Shown here: positions 1 to 12,053 of the stretch, in pieces
How the letters are laid out: each line of letters begins with the position of its first letter
How positions within the stretch are numbered: position 1 is the stretch's first letter
Source: Octopus sinensis
Taxonomy: Eukaryota
Length of the DNA stretch: 64,000 bases
Direction: 5' to 3'
NCBI RefSeq assembly: GCF_006345805.1
Contig: NC_043000.1
Span: 9,610,001-9,674,000 of the forward strand
Made by a program: the position numbers and the translations under genes
The notes under the pieces: model-generated
Databases searched by the model: none
Seen by the model: the letters and a program-made list of their open reading frames with translations, nothing else
What the model was told of the DNA's origin: nothing

Positions 1-182
1 AAGCCAAGAAAAAGATCTGGTTTATTTTATTAACGGTGTATATTACATTTTCATCTCATCAGTTAGTGGTTAGCGATGATAATGTGTTAAAACAAATATA
101 AGTAAATATATATTCTCTCACTCCCACGAATAACAAAACAAAACAAAAATATTCTATCGCGACTGGTATAATGAATTATATA

Positions 183-314
183 GGCGCAGGCGTGGCTACG
201 TGGTAAGAAGCTTGTTTCCCAAACATATGGTTCCGGGTTCTGTCTCACTGCATGTCACCCTGCGTGAATGTCTTCTACTATAGCCTTGAGAGTGGACTTG
301 GTAGGCAGAAACTG
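183..314 (+). mobile_element. SINE family A (tRNA head + CORE-like body), diverged 5' half
   Basis: ggcgcaggcgtggctacgtggtaagaagcttgtttcccaaac...gtcttctactatagcc matches the full copies at 7241, 13692 and 25931. Confidence 0.8.
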
Positions 315-437
315 TATATATATATATTTATAAATGAGGGTGAAAAATTTGATATTAATTTAATAATACCATCAATTTAACACCAAGTGGCTTAGCACAT
401 AAAAACCAAGGGAAAAATACAAATTTATACATAAATA

Positions 438-537
438 TTAGAGAGTGACTACTATTTGGTTCACTCTAGTGCTAAAAATAGCACTAGAGTGCTATCTATT
501 TAGCACTAGAGTGAACCACATAGTGGTCACTCTCTAA
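438..537. repeat. ~100 bp palindrome (MITE-like foldback) with nested inner hairpin
   Basis: ttagagagtgactactatttggttcactctagtgctaaa pairs with tttagcactagagtgaaccacatagtggtcactctctaa (2 mismatches); the centre atagcact-ag-agtgctat is itself palindromic. Confidence 0.85.
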
Positions 538-605
538 TTTTGTATATATATATATAATATATATGCGTGTTTATGTAAGCATATATTTTACTATTTCATT
601 TAGGT

Positions 606-780
606 ATGAAGGTGGGCATAATGGTTAGCGGAATTTCGTCGCCGAGTTCGACTTTGCCATTCATCCTTTCGGAGTCGATGAAATAGGTACCATATGAGTA
701 CTGGGGTCGATGTAATCGACTAGTCCCCTCCCTCAAATTTCAAACCTTGTACCTATAGTAAAGGATTATTTCTTTTCGCT
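606..780 (+). mobile_element. SINE family B (tRNA head, Meta-like central domain), partial
   Basis: gagttcgactttgccattcatcctttcggagtcgatgaaataggtacc...ctggggtcgatgtaatcgact, the motif shared by more than 20 copies in the window. Confidence 0.8.
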
Positions 781-1139
781 ACTAATAACCTGGGGTTAGA
801 ACTCAGTATATATATATGGTTCAGAATAAAGGGCCAGTCGAGTACAGAGTAGTAATAAAAAATTAAAATGAGAAGGAAATAAGAAATTATGTCACGAATT
901 TCATTAGCTCACTGATGTTTTTGCTATAAGATGGAATGCACTCATAGTTGAATGCTTGTGCATCAACCTATAGCTTCATCGGAGCTTTAAAAATGAAGTA
1001 CAATTTTATTTGGGGAAGTATTTACATGGTGATAGGTTTGGGAAATTCCACACTGGATCGTTCCCAAAACCATCAATGGCAGCAGAGAATACGAGCGGTC
1101 TTTCAAGTTCTGTGCACTCAAAGAACGAACGAATGTGCG

Positions 1140-1161
1140 TGTGTGAGAGAGAGCGAGATAG

Positions 1162-1205
<44 letters not shown>

Positions 1206-1259
1206 GTGTGTATGACACATTCATATTTAAATATATATGTGCGTGTATTTTTATATGTG

Positions 1260-1316
<57 letters not shown>

Positions 1317-1420
1317 GTATATGTATGCATGCATGTATGTGTGTGTGTGCGTGTATGTGTGTATAAACACTAAGAAATTCCTTTATGTGTGTGTCTCCAC
1401 ACACACACACACACACACAC
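1140..1420. repeat. Compound microsatellite (GATA)n/(GA)n/(TA)n/(CA)n
   Basis: Directly visible simple repeats. Confidence 0.95.
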
Positions 1421-2143
1421 ATGAGATGAGGCAAGATTCACATGCTTATTTTAATATGTATATAAGCCTTAATTTCCGTAGATAATTAAGTATATAAGCC
1501 TACGAATTAAGGCTTATATAATTAATTTACGTATGTAAATGAAGCCTTATACACATAGTTAAAAATACAAAATTAATAGATAATTGTATATTATGTGGTT
1601 GTATAACCAGAAGTTCAAATTGTTCTGTCAACTCAACTGAAATGATTTAACGAAACTAGTTACTAAGTATCTAATTAGTTATATACAAAAAAATTATAAG
1701 TCTATCCGCTCATCGTTAATTACATCCAGGAGACAATAAGCTTCATTAGAAACCTTAGTCTTTTTACTGTCAAGCTTTTCTCCTCCTACCGTGTTGCTAC
1801 GCTAAAAATATAAAATAAAAATGTGAGGATAAAATAACAATGATACAAACGGTGAGAGTGAAAGGAAGAGACCAAATCGAGCTTGTTTCTCAAATGGGGG
1901 AAACTTGAGAGAAGAAAATGCGATATTAGCTTGCAAAGAAGCTGATAAGAACAATATTTATGCCTCTGCAAATGCGTATCTGGCAGCTTTTCGCTTTTGG
2001 TATGTCTATCATCTAGTAGCTAACTGTTGTATACGTTTGTTGTCGGCTAAATAAAGACTCGCGCATGTATTTATCTGAGCGTAGAAGAAGACGGAAATCA
2101 GAAAGGCTTAAATATATATGTGATATATTTCTGCGCGTGTATT

Positions 2144-2218
<75 letters not shown>

Positions 2219-2303
2219 GTTTGTGCTTATATTCTTGTATGCTTATGGGTTCATTTGAAGAGGGATGAATGAAATATATTGTTGGTAAACGTATTTTTAA
2301 GCA

Positions 2304-2443
2304 TGTATAATATAAACATATCAGTATATACATTTGTATACCCATCTGCGACAACCAACACGGCATGACCTGTGTATAATATAAACATATCGGTATATAC
2401 ATTTGTATACCCATCTGCGACAACCAACACGGCATGACCTGTA
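2304..2443. repeat. 69-bp tandem duplication
   Basis: tgtataatataaacatatc(a/g)gtatatacatttgtatacccatctgcgacaaccaacacggcatgacc occurs at 2304 and 2373. Confidence 0.95.
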
Positions 2444-2469
2444 TAAATAGATAACCAACATCATATATA

Positions 2470-2703
2470 CAGGGTTGGCCAAAAGTCATCCGACAGTAAC
2501 TCAAAACCATTTGATTCCAAGAATTGTATATGTTTCACAACCGAATGAAATTAATAAAAAGCATCTAAATATGGAACATCATTAAAATTGTTCAAACTGA
2601 AGTCATTCTTGAGCGACACATTTTTGCATTTGAGTCAATACAGAATTACAGATAGTATTTATGGAAGTTTGATTTACTGTCAGGTGACTTCTGGCCAACC
2701 CTG
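2470..2703. mobile_element. Tc1/mariner-type MITE, 234 bp
   Basis: 30-bp TIRs: cagggttggccaaaagtcatccgacagtaa vs the reverse complement of ttactgtcaggtgacttctggccaaccctg (3 mismatches); TA on both flanks. Confidence 0.9.
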
Positions 2704-2820
2704 TACATACACACACACACTCACACACACGCACACAGACACAGACACACACACACACAAACACACAAGCATGCATAATTCGTACATGCATGTATACATT
2801 CACACACACACACCACACAC

Positions 2821-2955
2821 GCTTGCTTACGAACCACATGGTTCCAGCTTCAGTCCCACTGCGTGGCACCTTGGTCAAGTGTCTTCTATTATAACCTCAT
2901 GCCGACCAAAGCCTTGTGAGTGGATTTGGTAGACGGAAACTAAAAGAAGCTCGTC

Positions 2956-2957
<2 letters not shown>
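2821..2957 (+). mobile_element. SINE family A, 5' half followed by (TA)n/(TG)n
   Basis: gaaccacatggttcc...cagtcccactgcgtggcaccttgg...gccttgtgagtggatttggtagacggaaac. Confidence 0.85.
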
Positions 2958-3029
<72 letters not shown>

Positions 3030-4057
3030 TATGATTCCGTTTATCCATAGCATTATCAATAACCAGTCTTTAGAACTTAGTATACGTTTATCTTACAGTA
3101 AACCATCATGTCTGTAGTCAGTACGAAGCGTAACATTAACTAATAAATGAATGTCAAAAGAACAGGAGTTACATAATCACTTTTCACGTTCAATAGCTTA
3201 CTGCTGTTCCTGCTACAAGCATACAGGCATCCAGAGTTGAGTGTCTGTGTAACTTATTACAGAGTCCTCAGAGTTATTTGATTATTGTAGCCACTCAGCG
3301 CTGGGTGCACGATTACGTTATAGCAGAAACAGTTGTTAGCTATTGAAAGCGCTTTCGTAACTCCTTTAATCCATTCTCCTCAAAATTGCTGGCCTTGTGC
3401 CTTAATCAGAAACAATTATTTCAGTCGGTCATAAACACGTACAGTGTTAGACAAGCTCCGAAACTCTCTTATTGCAAAACAAGTCATATGACAGATATTA
3501 GATTAATAGCAGTGGTAGAAGGAGAGGGAAATCCCATAGACTGGAACTTAAAAACGGACGAATCTCATGCCACAAGCTGGAGAACTTGGCGTGTTGTCAG
3601 TTTGAAAATAACGAGGTCATTAACATGATAGATGCAATTTATTCTACCAGGAAGTGGTTATCATAACAATACCAACGGATCGGTGCACTTAGAATGCACC
3701 AAGCCTGCGCTAGGAATATATTAATTTCCGTGTAACATTGCATTTATCGGATGATTGCTCGTCCAGAAGGAAGTTATGACGACAAAAATGCTGTCAATGT
3801 CGTTAAGACTGATTGATAACAAAATACATATGTTTAAATGCATAAAAAAAATGAAATCACCGGCAGATGCAAACATATACGTAAATACACACAAAACACC
3901 CTCACACACATGTTCACTTCATGCGTGCGCACGCTCTATAATTACGAATAACACTAATATGCTATGTGTGTTATTTATCACGCAATGAATCCTAACTTTG
4001 TGAGTAGTTTATAGTACCAGCAAGAATAAAAATGAAGTATTATTTGTTCGTTAAAAA

Positions 4058-4470
4058 AGTGGTAAGCTGGGTAAAATGCTTAGTGGCTAAAATGCTTAGA
4101 AGGCAAAATGCTTAGCGGTATTTCGTTCGCCGTTACGTTCTGAGTTCAAATTCCGCCGGGTCAACTTAACCTTTCATCCTTTCGGGGTCGATAAACAAAG
4201 TACCAGTTATGCATTGGGGGTCAATGTAATCGACTTAATCCGTTTTGTCTGTCCTTGTTTGTCCCCTCTGTGTTTAGCCCCTTGTGGGTAGTAAAAGAAA
4301 TAGGTATTTCGTTCGCCTTTACGTTCTGAGTACAAATTCCACTGAAGTCGACTTTGCCGTTCATTCCTTCGGGTCGATAAAATAAGTACCAGTTGAACAC
4401 TGGGGTCGATGTAATCGACTTACGCACGATCCCGAAATTATTGGCCTTCTGCCAAAAATGTGAAACCATT
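4058..4470 (+). mobile_element. SINE family B, two-unit copy (further partial copies follow to ~4870)
   Basis: The body repeats after the linker taatccgttttgtctgtccttgtttgtcccctctgtgtttagccccttgtgggtagtaaaagaaataggtatttcg. Confidence 0.85.
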
Positions 4471-4962
4471 GTTAGTTCATTAAAGAGAGGGGGCGAGCTG
4501 GTAGACTCGTTAGCACGTCAGACAAAATATTTTACGTTCTAAGTTCAAATTTTGTGGAGCTCAATTTTGCCTTTCATCCTTTCGACCTCGTACTGAGGTC
4601 GAGGTAATCAACTATCTCACTCCTAAAATTTTAAGCCTTGTGCTTATAATAGAAATAATTATTATTGGTATCATTATTATTATTAAGGCAATGGGCTTGG
4701 CAGAATCGTTAACACATCGGAGAAAGTGCTTAGCGCTATCTATTCCCGCTCTTTACCTTCTGAGCTGCAATCCTGCCACGGCCGACTTTTCCTTTCACCC
4801 TTTCCAGGCTCGAAATAATCGATTATCCCCCTCCCACCAAATTTCAGGCCTGGTGCTTATTTTAAAAAGTTATTTCGTTCCACATAATATATACAGATAA
4901 ATTTCCTCTATTTACATAATATTGAGGTCTCTTTCTTCTTTTGTTATCTTACCGTTTTTACC

Positions 4963-4995
<33 letters not shown>

Positions 4996-5014
4996 TATAT
5001 ATAATATTATATAA

Positions 5015-5054
<40 letters not shown>

Positions 5055-5345
5055 GGGAGAGTTCACGAAAAAAACAAAAGACGAAGGACTGTGGTGTACA
5101 AAACAAACAGATGTATTAGTATAACTCTCAGGAATAGAAAGTCTTTTTTACGTTTCGAGCCTACGCTCTTCTACAGAAAGGGACACAGAAAAAACAAGCA
5201 GAGAAACAAGGAGAGAAAAAATGTGTGTAGTGGCTAACGATCTATCATGGCGACTAACTTCGGGCAGAAGGGTCACACACGAGAGCGAAGTAGGGGAGAT
5301 ATATAAATTAGAGAAAAACCAATATTATGTAATTCAAACAATGAT
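5055..5345 (-). mobile_element. Penelope-like terminal (pseudo-LTR) fragment with hammerhead-like motif
   Basis: Minus strand ctgtaga-a-gagc-gtag-gctc-gaaa-cg-ta; + strand acgtttcgagcctacgctcttctacag, a typical PLE-terminus pattern. Confidence 0.5.
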
Positions 5346-5432
5346 AGACATAAACCAAATCATATTTATATTGTGAAATTTGATTTAATACTTATTTGAT
5401 TTTTTTCCCTGTAAGTTTGGAGTTATACTCCC

Positions 5433-5482
<50 letters not shown>

Positions 5483-5574
5483 TATTATTATTATTATTTC
5501 TATTATTGTTATTATTACTATTATTATTATTACTATTATTATTATTATTATTTATTATTATTATTATACTTTTT

Positions 5575-5932
5575 TTTCTTCTTTCAAATTGCTTCCATTT
5601 CTTGCCGAGTGTCTTCCCGACTCCTAGGGCAGAAACTCATAGTATACATTGGTAGGCCATTAAACCAAACTCAGTAGTTCGTTCATTTTTTTTTTTTGTT
5701 TTTTTAAGTTAAATTAAATACATGAGCAGCAAAAGTTCTCACATCGACAATGCTCTTCTCATACGTGTGATGTACCAGTTAAGACCATCTTTTGCACTTC
5801 TTGCAGGGATGGTAAGCCAGGGATCATTCTCATATAATTTTCGGTTCCCTTCTTGATCATTCCTAGTGCTCCTACGATCACTGGTATTGTAACCGCCTTG
5901 AGATGCCACCTTTCTCAATTCATAAGTAGGTC

Positions 5933-5935
<3 letters not shown>
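5575..5935 (-). mobile_element. R4/Dong-like RLE LINE 3' end (subfamily 2) in (ATT)n
   Basis: Minus translation WHLKAVTIPVIVGALGMIKKGTENYMRMIPGLPSLQEVQKMVLTGTSHV; 3' UTR matches 36815-36890; (ATT)n on both sides. Confidence 0.85.
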
Positions 5936-5969
<34 letters not shown>

Positions 5970-5990
5970 ATTATTATTATTATTATTATT

Positions 5991-6560
5991 GAGTGAGCGA
6001 GCAGAGCATGCCATCAAAGTGACACTGGGGTAAAATATACGAAGCCCAGTATACCCATCATGACTACCCGTCTGATAAGGGTACACCAGGCACATGCATC
6101 ACAACCATATGTGCGCGACATGGTGATCTCATATCAAGATAAACAGCACATGACCTTGCAGTTGGAGCCCAGTTAGAATTTTCTTCAGATCGAGTAACCC
6201 ATCCCACTCAAAAGGTCCCTGAATAAGTTTATTTAAGGACGTTGAACGAAACACCCATGTTTCCAGAGGTGAATTATTCAAACCCCAAAGAATCCTTCTC
6301 AACACATGGCTATGATGCTCCCCCACTACTTTCTGCTCGTGATCAGAGATGCACATATCGTCAGCCACTAAGGGACATGCTCAACTGGTTAAGGTCAAAC
6401 ACTGACAAGCAAATCTGTGGTATTGAGCAGAATATTTGCTGTAGCCCATCTTTTATACCAAGACAAAACAATGTACATGATAACACTTCCAATCAGTTAA
6501 GATCAGAAGCCATGAAAGCCACTGCCTGGTACTGCATCAGGGCATTACTGCATCAGGGCA
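5991..6560 (-). mobile_element. ~555-bp non-coding element bounded by (ATT)n
   Basis: Homologous to 55673-56009 and 56046-56143; both ends abut ATT arrays; terminal 16-mer actgcatcagggcatt duplicated. Orientation is inferred. Confidence 0.75.
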
Positions 6561-6627
6561 TTATTATTTTATTATTATTATTATTATTATATTATTATTA
6601 TTATTATTATCATCATTATCATTATCA

Positions 6628-6680
<53 letters not shown>

Positions 6681-7169
6681 ATATGCATATTGCTAAGCTA
6701 CTCAGGTGTCGTTTTGCATGCATTTCAGAAGTCTGATATGTTTAGCTGTAGTAAAGAAATTCTATATCACTATTCATTGCATTTATTTCTTTTTATATCG
6801 TAACTCAAACCGATGCTGCATCTCTGATGAAGTGCAACTGAACTGAAAAAAAGAAAAGAAGCTTGTTGGTATTACAAGTATACTACTACAACATGTAGCG
6901 GAACAAAAAATCTTTTTATTCTTATGCACCAACATAAGTTACCGTATAAAAGTTTACAAATTTGGCTGGCATTTGTCAAGGAAGCTGCTATCATTCAGTC
7001 AACAGTCTAACAACTGTTTCAACTGCAGACCCAGTGTTTACTAGTAAGATAGAAACTGCCACAAGTATATTTTAAATAAGACATTATCAGTAAACGTGGT
7101 ATCAAACGTTTCTTTAAATAGCGTGTCTAAGATACTGTGCTTGCTACGAACACGTACCCGCCTCAAATA

Positions 7170-7211
<42 letters not shown>

Positions 7212-7240
7212 ATGTTTATTTTTTTATGTCAGGTTATAAA

Positions 7241-7469
7241 TACTCTTTTACTCTTTTACTTGTTTCAGTCATTTTGACTGTGGCCATGCAGGAGCACCGC
7301 CTTTAGTCGAGCAAATCGACCCCAGGACTTATTCTTTGTAAGCCTAGTACTTATTCTATCGTTCACTTTTGCCGAACAGCTAAGTTACAGAGACGTAAAC
7401 AATCCAGCGGTTGAGGGGGGGGACAAACACAGACACACAACCATATACAAACACACACGCACACACACG

Positions 7470-7530
<61 letters not shown>

Positions 7531-7694
7531 GACGGGCTTCTTTCAGTTTCCGCCTACCAAATCCACCCACAAGGCTTTGTTCGGCCCGAGGCTATAGTAG
7601 AAGACACTTGCCCTAGGTGTCACGCAGTGGGACTGAACCCGGAACCATGTGGTTGGTAAGCAAGCTACTTACTACACAGCCACTCCTATGCCTA
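7241..7694 (-). mobile_element. SINE family A, full copy with internal (CA)n
   Basis: Both halves present (tail cttttactcttttacttgtttcagtcatt; head ctacttactacacagccactcctatgcc) around a microsatellite. Confidence 0.9.
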
Positions 7695-7756
7695 TACCTA
7701 CTTACCACACAGCTATTCTTACGCCTATATAAAAACGATTTAATATTAAACTGAAG

Positions 7757-7985
7757 CTAAAGCGGTGAACTGCTAGAATCGTTAGCACACCGGACAAAAT
7801 GTTTAGCAATATGCATTTCGTCCGTCTTTACGATCTGAGTACAAATTCCGCCGAAGTCGACTTTGCCTTTCATACTCTCGCAGTCGATAAAATAAATACT
7901 ACTTGAGCACTGAGGTCAATGTGATCGACTCATCTCCTCCCTCGAACGTGCTGGCCTTGTGCAAACATTTGAAACCGATATTAAA
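7757..7985 (+). mobile_element. SINE family B
   Basis: gcggtgaactgctagaatcgttagcacaccggacaaaatg...ccgccgaagtcgactttgcctttcat...ggccttgtgcaaacatttgaaacc. Confidence 0.85.
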
Positions 7986-8661
7986 CGGCAGAATTATTCA
8001 ATACTTTCACAAGAAGTTGAATAACCATGACTACAAAATTTCGGCCTACCACACACACACACACACAAACACACGCATGTTGCTATGTGTGTGATATCAA
8101 TATTTTACAGAGAAAGCAATCGAATTCTCCCATAATACATACATACATACATACATACATACATACATTTATACATACATACATAAATACACACACACAC
8201 ACACATATATATATTATATATATATATATATATATATGTGAAGAATGGCACTAAGATCTATCATATTACGTACGGTACTAAAAATACATGAACGTCATTC
8301 ATGACTCATGTCTTTTGTTTGTATATACGAGTGTATACTGTATCGGTTATGGCATCATAAAGTTTATTTTTCTTGATAAGTTGATTTCTTTATCTGAACA
8401 AGTAGATTAGAATATCAAAATATACCAAGATCCAAGGAACGCCTGTCTTTGATAACACTATAAAACAATGAAAATATCATTGTGAAGATTTTTCCACCCC
8501 AAAAGTAAAATTTTCTTCGAAGATATCCAGTCGTTCAGAATAGACATTATCGAGTAGTGCCATAAAATGGTTGATATAAAGTGATTTTTGAGTTTGAAAG
8601 AAAAGACAAAAAAAAAAAATCGATGTCAGAAAAATTCATATTATTTAATATATTGGTTTCA

Positions 8662-9060
8662 AAGGCGGCAAGCTGGTAGAAACGTTAGCGCGCAGGGCGA
8701 AATGCTTAGCGGTATTTCGTCTGCCGCTACGTTCTGAGTTCAAATTCCGCCGAGGTCGACTTTGCCTTTCATCCTTTCAAGGTCGATTAAAAAAGTACCA
8801 GTTACGCACCGGGGTCGATATAATCGACTTAATCCGTTTGTCTGTCCTTGTTTGTCCCCTCTGTGTTTAGCCCCTCGTGTGTAGTAAAGAAATAGGTATT
8901 TCGTCTGCCGCTACGTTTTGAGTTCAAATTCCGCCGAGGTCGACTGTACTTTCATCCGTTCAGGGTCGATAAATTAAGTACCAGTTGCGTACTGGGATCG
9001 ATCTAATCGACTGGCCCCCTCCCCCAAAATTTCGGGCATTGTGCCTAGAGTAGAAAAGAA
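8662..9060 (+). mobile_element. SINE family B, two-unit copy (184-bp period)
   Basis: ggtatttcgtctgccgctacg at 8711 and 8895. Confidence 0.9.
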
Positions 9061-9094
9061 TATATATATATATATATATATAGTGTTTGTATGT

Positions 9095-9310
9095 GCGTGT
9101 CTGCTTATGTTTATACGTACACCGCTCGACAACCCGGGTTGGTTTATTTACGTCCCCTAACTTAGCTGTTCGGCAAAAGAGAAACAATACAATAAGTGCT
9201 GAAGTAGATTTGATCGACTAAGATAAAAAAGAAAACCTCCGATGTGGTGCCCCAGCATGACCGCAGTCCAATGACTGAAACAAGTAGACAGATCAAAAAA
9301 ATAAAAAGGA
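9095..9310 (+). mobile_element. SINE family A, 3' half
   Basis: cgtcccctaacttagctgttcggcaaaagag...cccagcatgaccgcagtccaatgactgaaacaag. Confidence 0.75.
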
Positions 9311-9609
9311 TATTCTGCATTTAGCTTCGATTTTAGGTCCTCGAGTTTAATCTTTGTCAGAAATCCATTGGATGCAAGTTCAAAGCTTTGAGATGATGAG
9401 AGGTCAGACGTAAGATGAAAGGTTTTCTTGTTGACTTTTTAAGTTTTTACAATATATGAAGTTATTTCATGATTTTTTTTCATGTCATAATTATTACATG
9501 ACATCTTGTCTTTGAAATAGTTTTCAGAAATAGATCTTGGGGAAAAAAATCATGTTTCTAACATTAATGAGCTTGTTACAGCTTAGCAACATGATTTTAC
9601 TAATAAGGT

Positions 9610-9815
9610 GAAGGTGTGGAGCTAGCAGAAACGCTAGCAAAATGCTTAGCGGCATTTCGTCTGTCTTTATGTTCTGAATTGAAATTCCGCTGAGGTCGAT
9701 TTTGCCTTTCATACTTTCAGAGTCGATAAAATAAGTACCACTTGAGCACTGGAGTCGATGTAATCGATTTTCCCGTTTCCCCGAAATTGCTGGCCTTGTG
9801 CCCAAATTTGAAATC
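9610..9815 (+). mobile_element. SINE family B
   Basis: aaggtgtggagctagcagaaacg...gaaattccgctgaggtcgattttgcctttcat...ggccttgtgcccaaatttgaaatc. Confidence 0.85.
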
Positions 9816-10100
9816 AATATTACTAATATGGTGGTGAAATGGCAGGATCGATAAAGTGTTAGATAGGTTGCCTCTGACTCACTGCGTTCCGAGTTCAAAC
9901 CTCGCCCTCCGTGGTTAACTTGGCCTTTTATCTCTCTGGGGGGTCGATAAAATATAATAGTTGTTAGGACAGTGGGTTGTCGGAATTGTTAGAGCGTGTG
10001 GCAAGATCCGTTCCTGCTCTACGCATTCGGAGTTCAAATCCTGCTAATTCACTGATTAAAAAAACCAAAAGCAAAAAACAAAAATGGACTGTCAGGATTT

Positions 10101-10217
10101 ATGACCGGCAGATAATATGAGCGATTAAATATGACCGGCAGATAATATGAGCGATTAAATATGACCGGCAGATAATATGAGCGATTAATATGACCGGCAG
10201 ATAATATGAGCGATTAA
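10101..10217. repeat. 30-bp minisatellite, 4 copies
   Basis: atgaccggcagataatatgagcgattaaat at 10101, 10131, 10161 and 10190, with no spacers. Confidence 0.95.
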
Positions 10218-10934
10218 AAAAGAACAACAACAAAAACAAAAAACAAAATAAACAATGGAAATATTTTTTTTGGGTTCGATTAGAATATCGATTGCCACCA
10301 TTCACAGCAACACAGCTTATTCGTTAAACCATCACATCCTTATTGTAATTTTTGAGAAAACATGCGATATAGATTGAGGCAAATCTTACATCAATTGGGT
10401 TTGAAGTTAGAGCATAAATAGCCAGAAGAAATACCGAAAAACATTTTGTCCGACTTTCTAGCGATCGTGCGAAGCAATACGTTTTAAAATAACAGAGCCA
10501 CCACCACCACCACCACCGCCACCACCACCAATAACAACAACAACAACAAAATGCACTCACGTATACACGTATATATATTCTTTCTTAAATAAGATTTCAG
10601 CGTTAAGCCAGGTAATGTCGCAGAACATGTGGAGACGATTACAAACGTACATCTGTGAATATGATACATTATAATTGGTTTGAATATGTAAGCAGTTTAT
10701 AAAAGATGTATCCCATGAGTGAAATGCACATACGAAAATAAAAAATGTATCATTTATACAATCAGATATATCGTATTTATAAATTTAGATATCTCTTAGG
10801 GAGAACTGACTAGGATACTAAACGATTTCTTAAACAGAAACCAAAAATATGTGAAAATTAAGAAGAAAGCAAAACGGCAAATTGACAGGATCGCTAGAGA
10901 CGATGAGAAAAGCTTTGCGTTTTCACTTACGTCA

Positions 10935-11335
10935 GGGCGGCGAGCTGGCAGAAATGTTAGCACACCGGGCGAAATGCTTACCGGTATTTCGTCTGCCACT
11001 ACGTTCTGAGTTCAAATTCCGCCGAGGTCGACTTTACCTTTCATCCTTTCGGGGTCGATAATTTAAGCACCAGTGACGCACTGGGGTCGATGTGGTCGAC
11101 TTAATCAGTTTGTCTGTACTTGTTTGTCCCCTCTATGTTTAGCCCCTTGTGGTTAGTAAAGAAATAGGTATTCACTTACGTCTCTTTACGTCCTGAGTTC
11201 AAACTGTACCTGTGTCAACTGTAACTTTCATATGTCCGTAGTCCTTGTGGCATAAAGTTTCAATCAAGTACTCGTATCAATCTAAGCGGTAATATTCTCC
11301 CCACGTATTTGTGCCCTCGTGCCTATGGCAGAAAT
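10935..11335 (+). mobile_element. SINE family B, two-unit copy, second unit degraded
   Basis: Head gggcggcgagctggcagaaatgttagcacaccgggcgaaatgc, then body, linker and second body. Confidence 0.85.
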
Positions 11336-11726
11336 GATATTTATTACATTGCAAAACAAGTTTGTTCAAACTAGATTCTGATTAGCATTTTTCTACATGT
11401 TTCATTCAAATCAGAATTCAGCTACATACAATTTTATGCAGTCACATTTTAGCACTGGAGCTTACACGCTAGAGAATAACATAATTATACGGCAACGACC
11501 AATAAGTCTCACAAGCTTAATTTCGTTGCCAATGCAACAGAAGCCATATTGTATTAACGAACAGAAGTTTTACGACGAATAACATGTTTTAATAGATTTT
11601 CATAGAATTATGATGCAAGACTGGCATGTCTTGTAAAGCTTTTCATTAACATCTTACAATTATGTGCACATGTATAATCATATATGCGCATATATATTTT
11701 GCTTTATAGTATTTTTATAGCTAACT

Positions 11727-12053
11727 GGTGAAGGCGCGTGGCTTAGCGGTTAGGGGCATTCGGCTCATGATCGTAAGGTCGTGAGTTCAATTCCCGGCGG
11801 CGCGTTGTGTCCTTGAGCAAGACACTTTATTTCCCGTTGCTCCAGTCCACTCAGCTGGCAAAAATGACAAGTACCTGTATTTCAAAGGGCCAGCCTTGTC
11901 ACACACTCTGTCACACTGAATCTCCCCGAGAACTACGTTAAGGGTACACGTGTTTGTGGAGTGCTCAGCCACTTGCACGTTAATTTCGCGAGTAAGCTGT
12001 TCCGTTGATCGTATCAGCTGGGACCCTCGTCGTCGCAACCGACGGAGTACTCC
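11727..12053 (+). mobile_element. SINE family C (head 2 + tail A)
   Basis: tRNA-like head ggcgcgtggcttagcggttagg...gagttcaattcccgg; CORE-like tgtgtccttgagcaagacac; tail gtacctgtatttcaaagggccagcc...gacggagt. Confidence 0.85.

Noticed and set aside
1835-2000. Open frame RPNRACFSNGGNLREENAILACKEADKNN ending at tg|gtatgt
   Set aside because: Donor-like site, but no start codon or acceptor and no recognisable homology.
3651-3722. Sushi-like snippet SGYHNNTNGSVHLECT
   Set aside because: Ends in a stop, lacks the conserved Trp, and has no donor.
6770-6943. Minus-strand 100-bp intron-like segment and a CSIGLSYDIKRNKC chitin-binding-like snippet
   Set aside because: All spliced frames hit stops within a few codons.
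10101-10217. CRISPR-like array
   Set aside because: No spacers, eukaryotic context, no cas genes; the same applies to 60646-60728.
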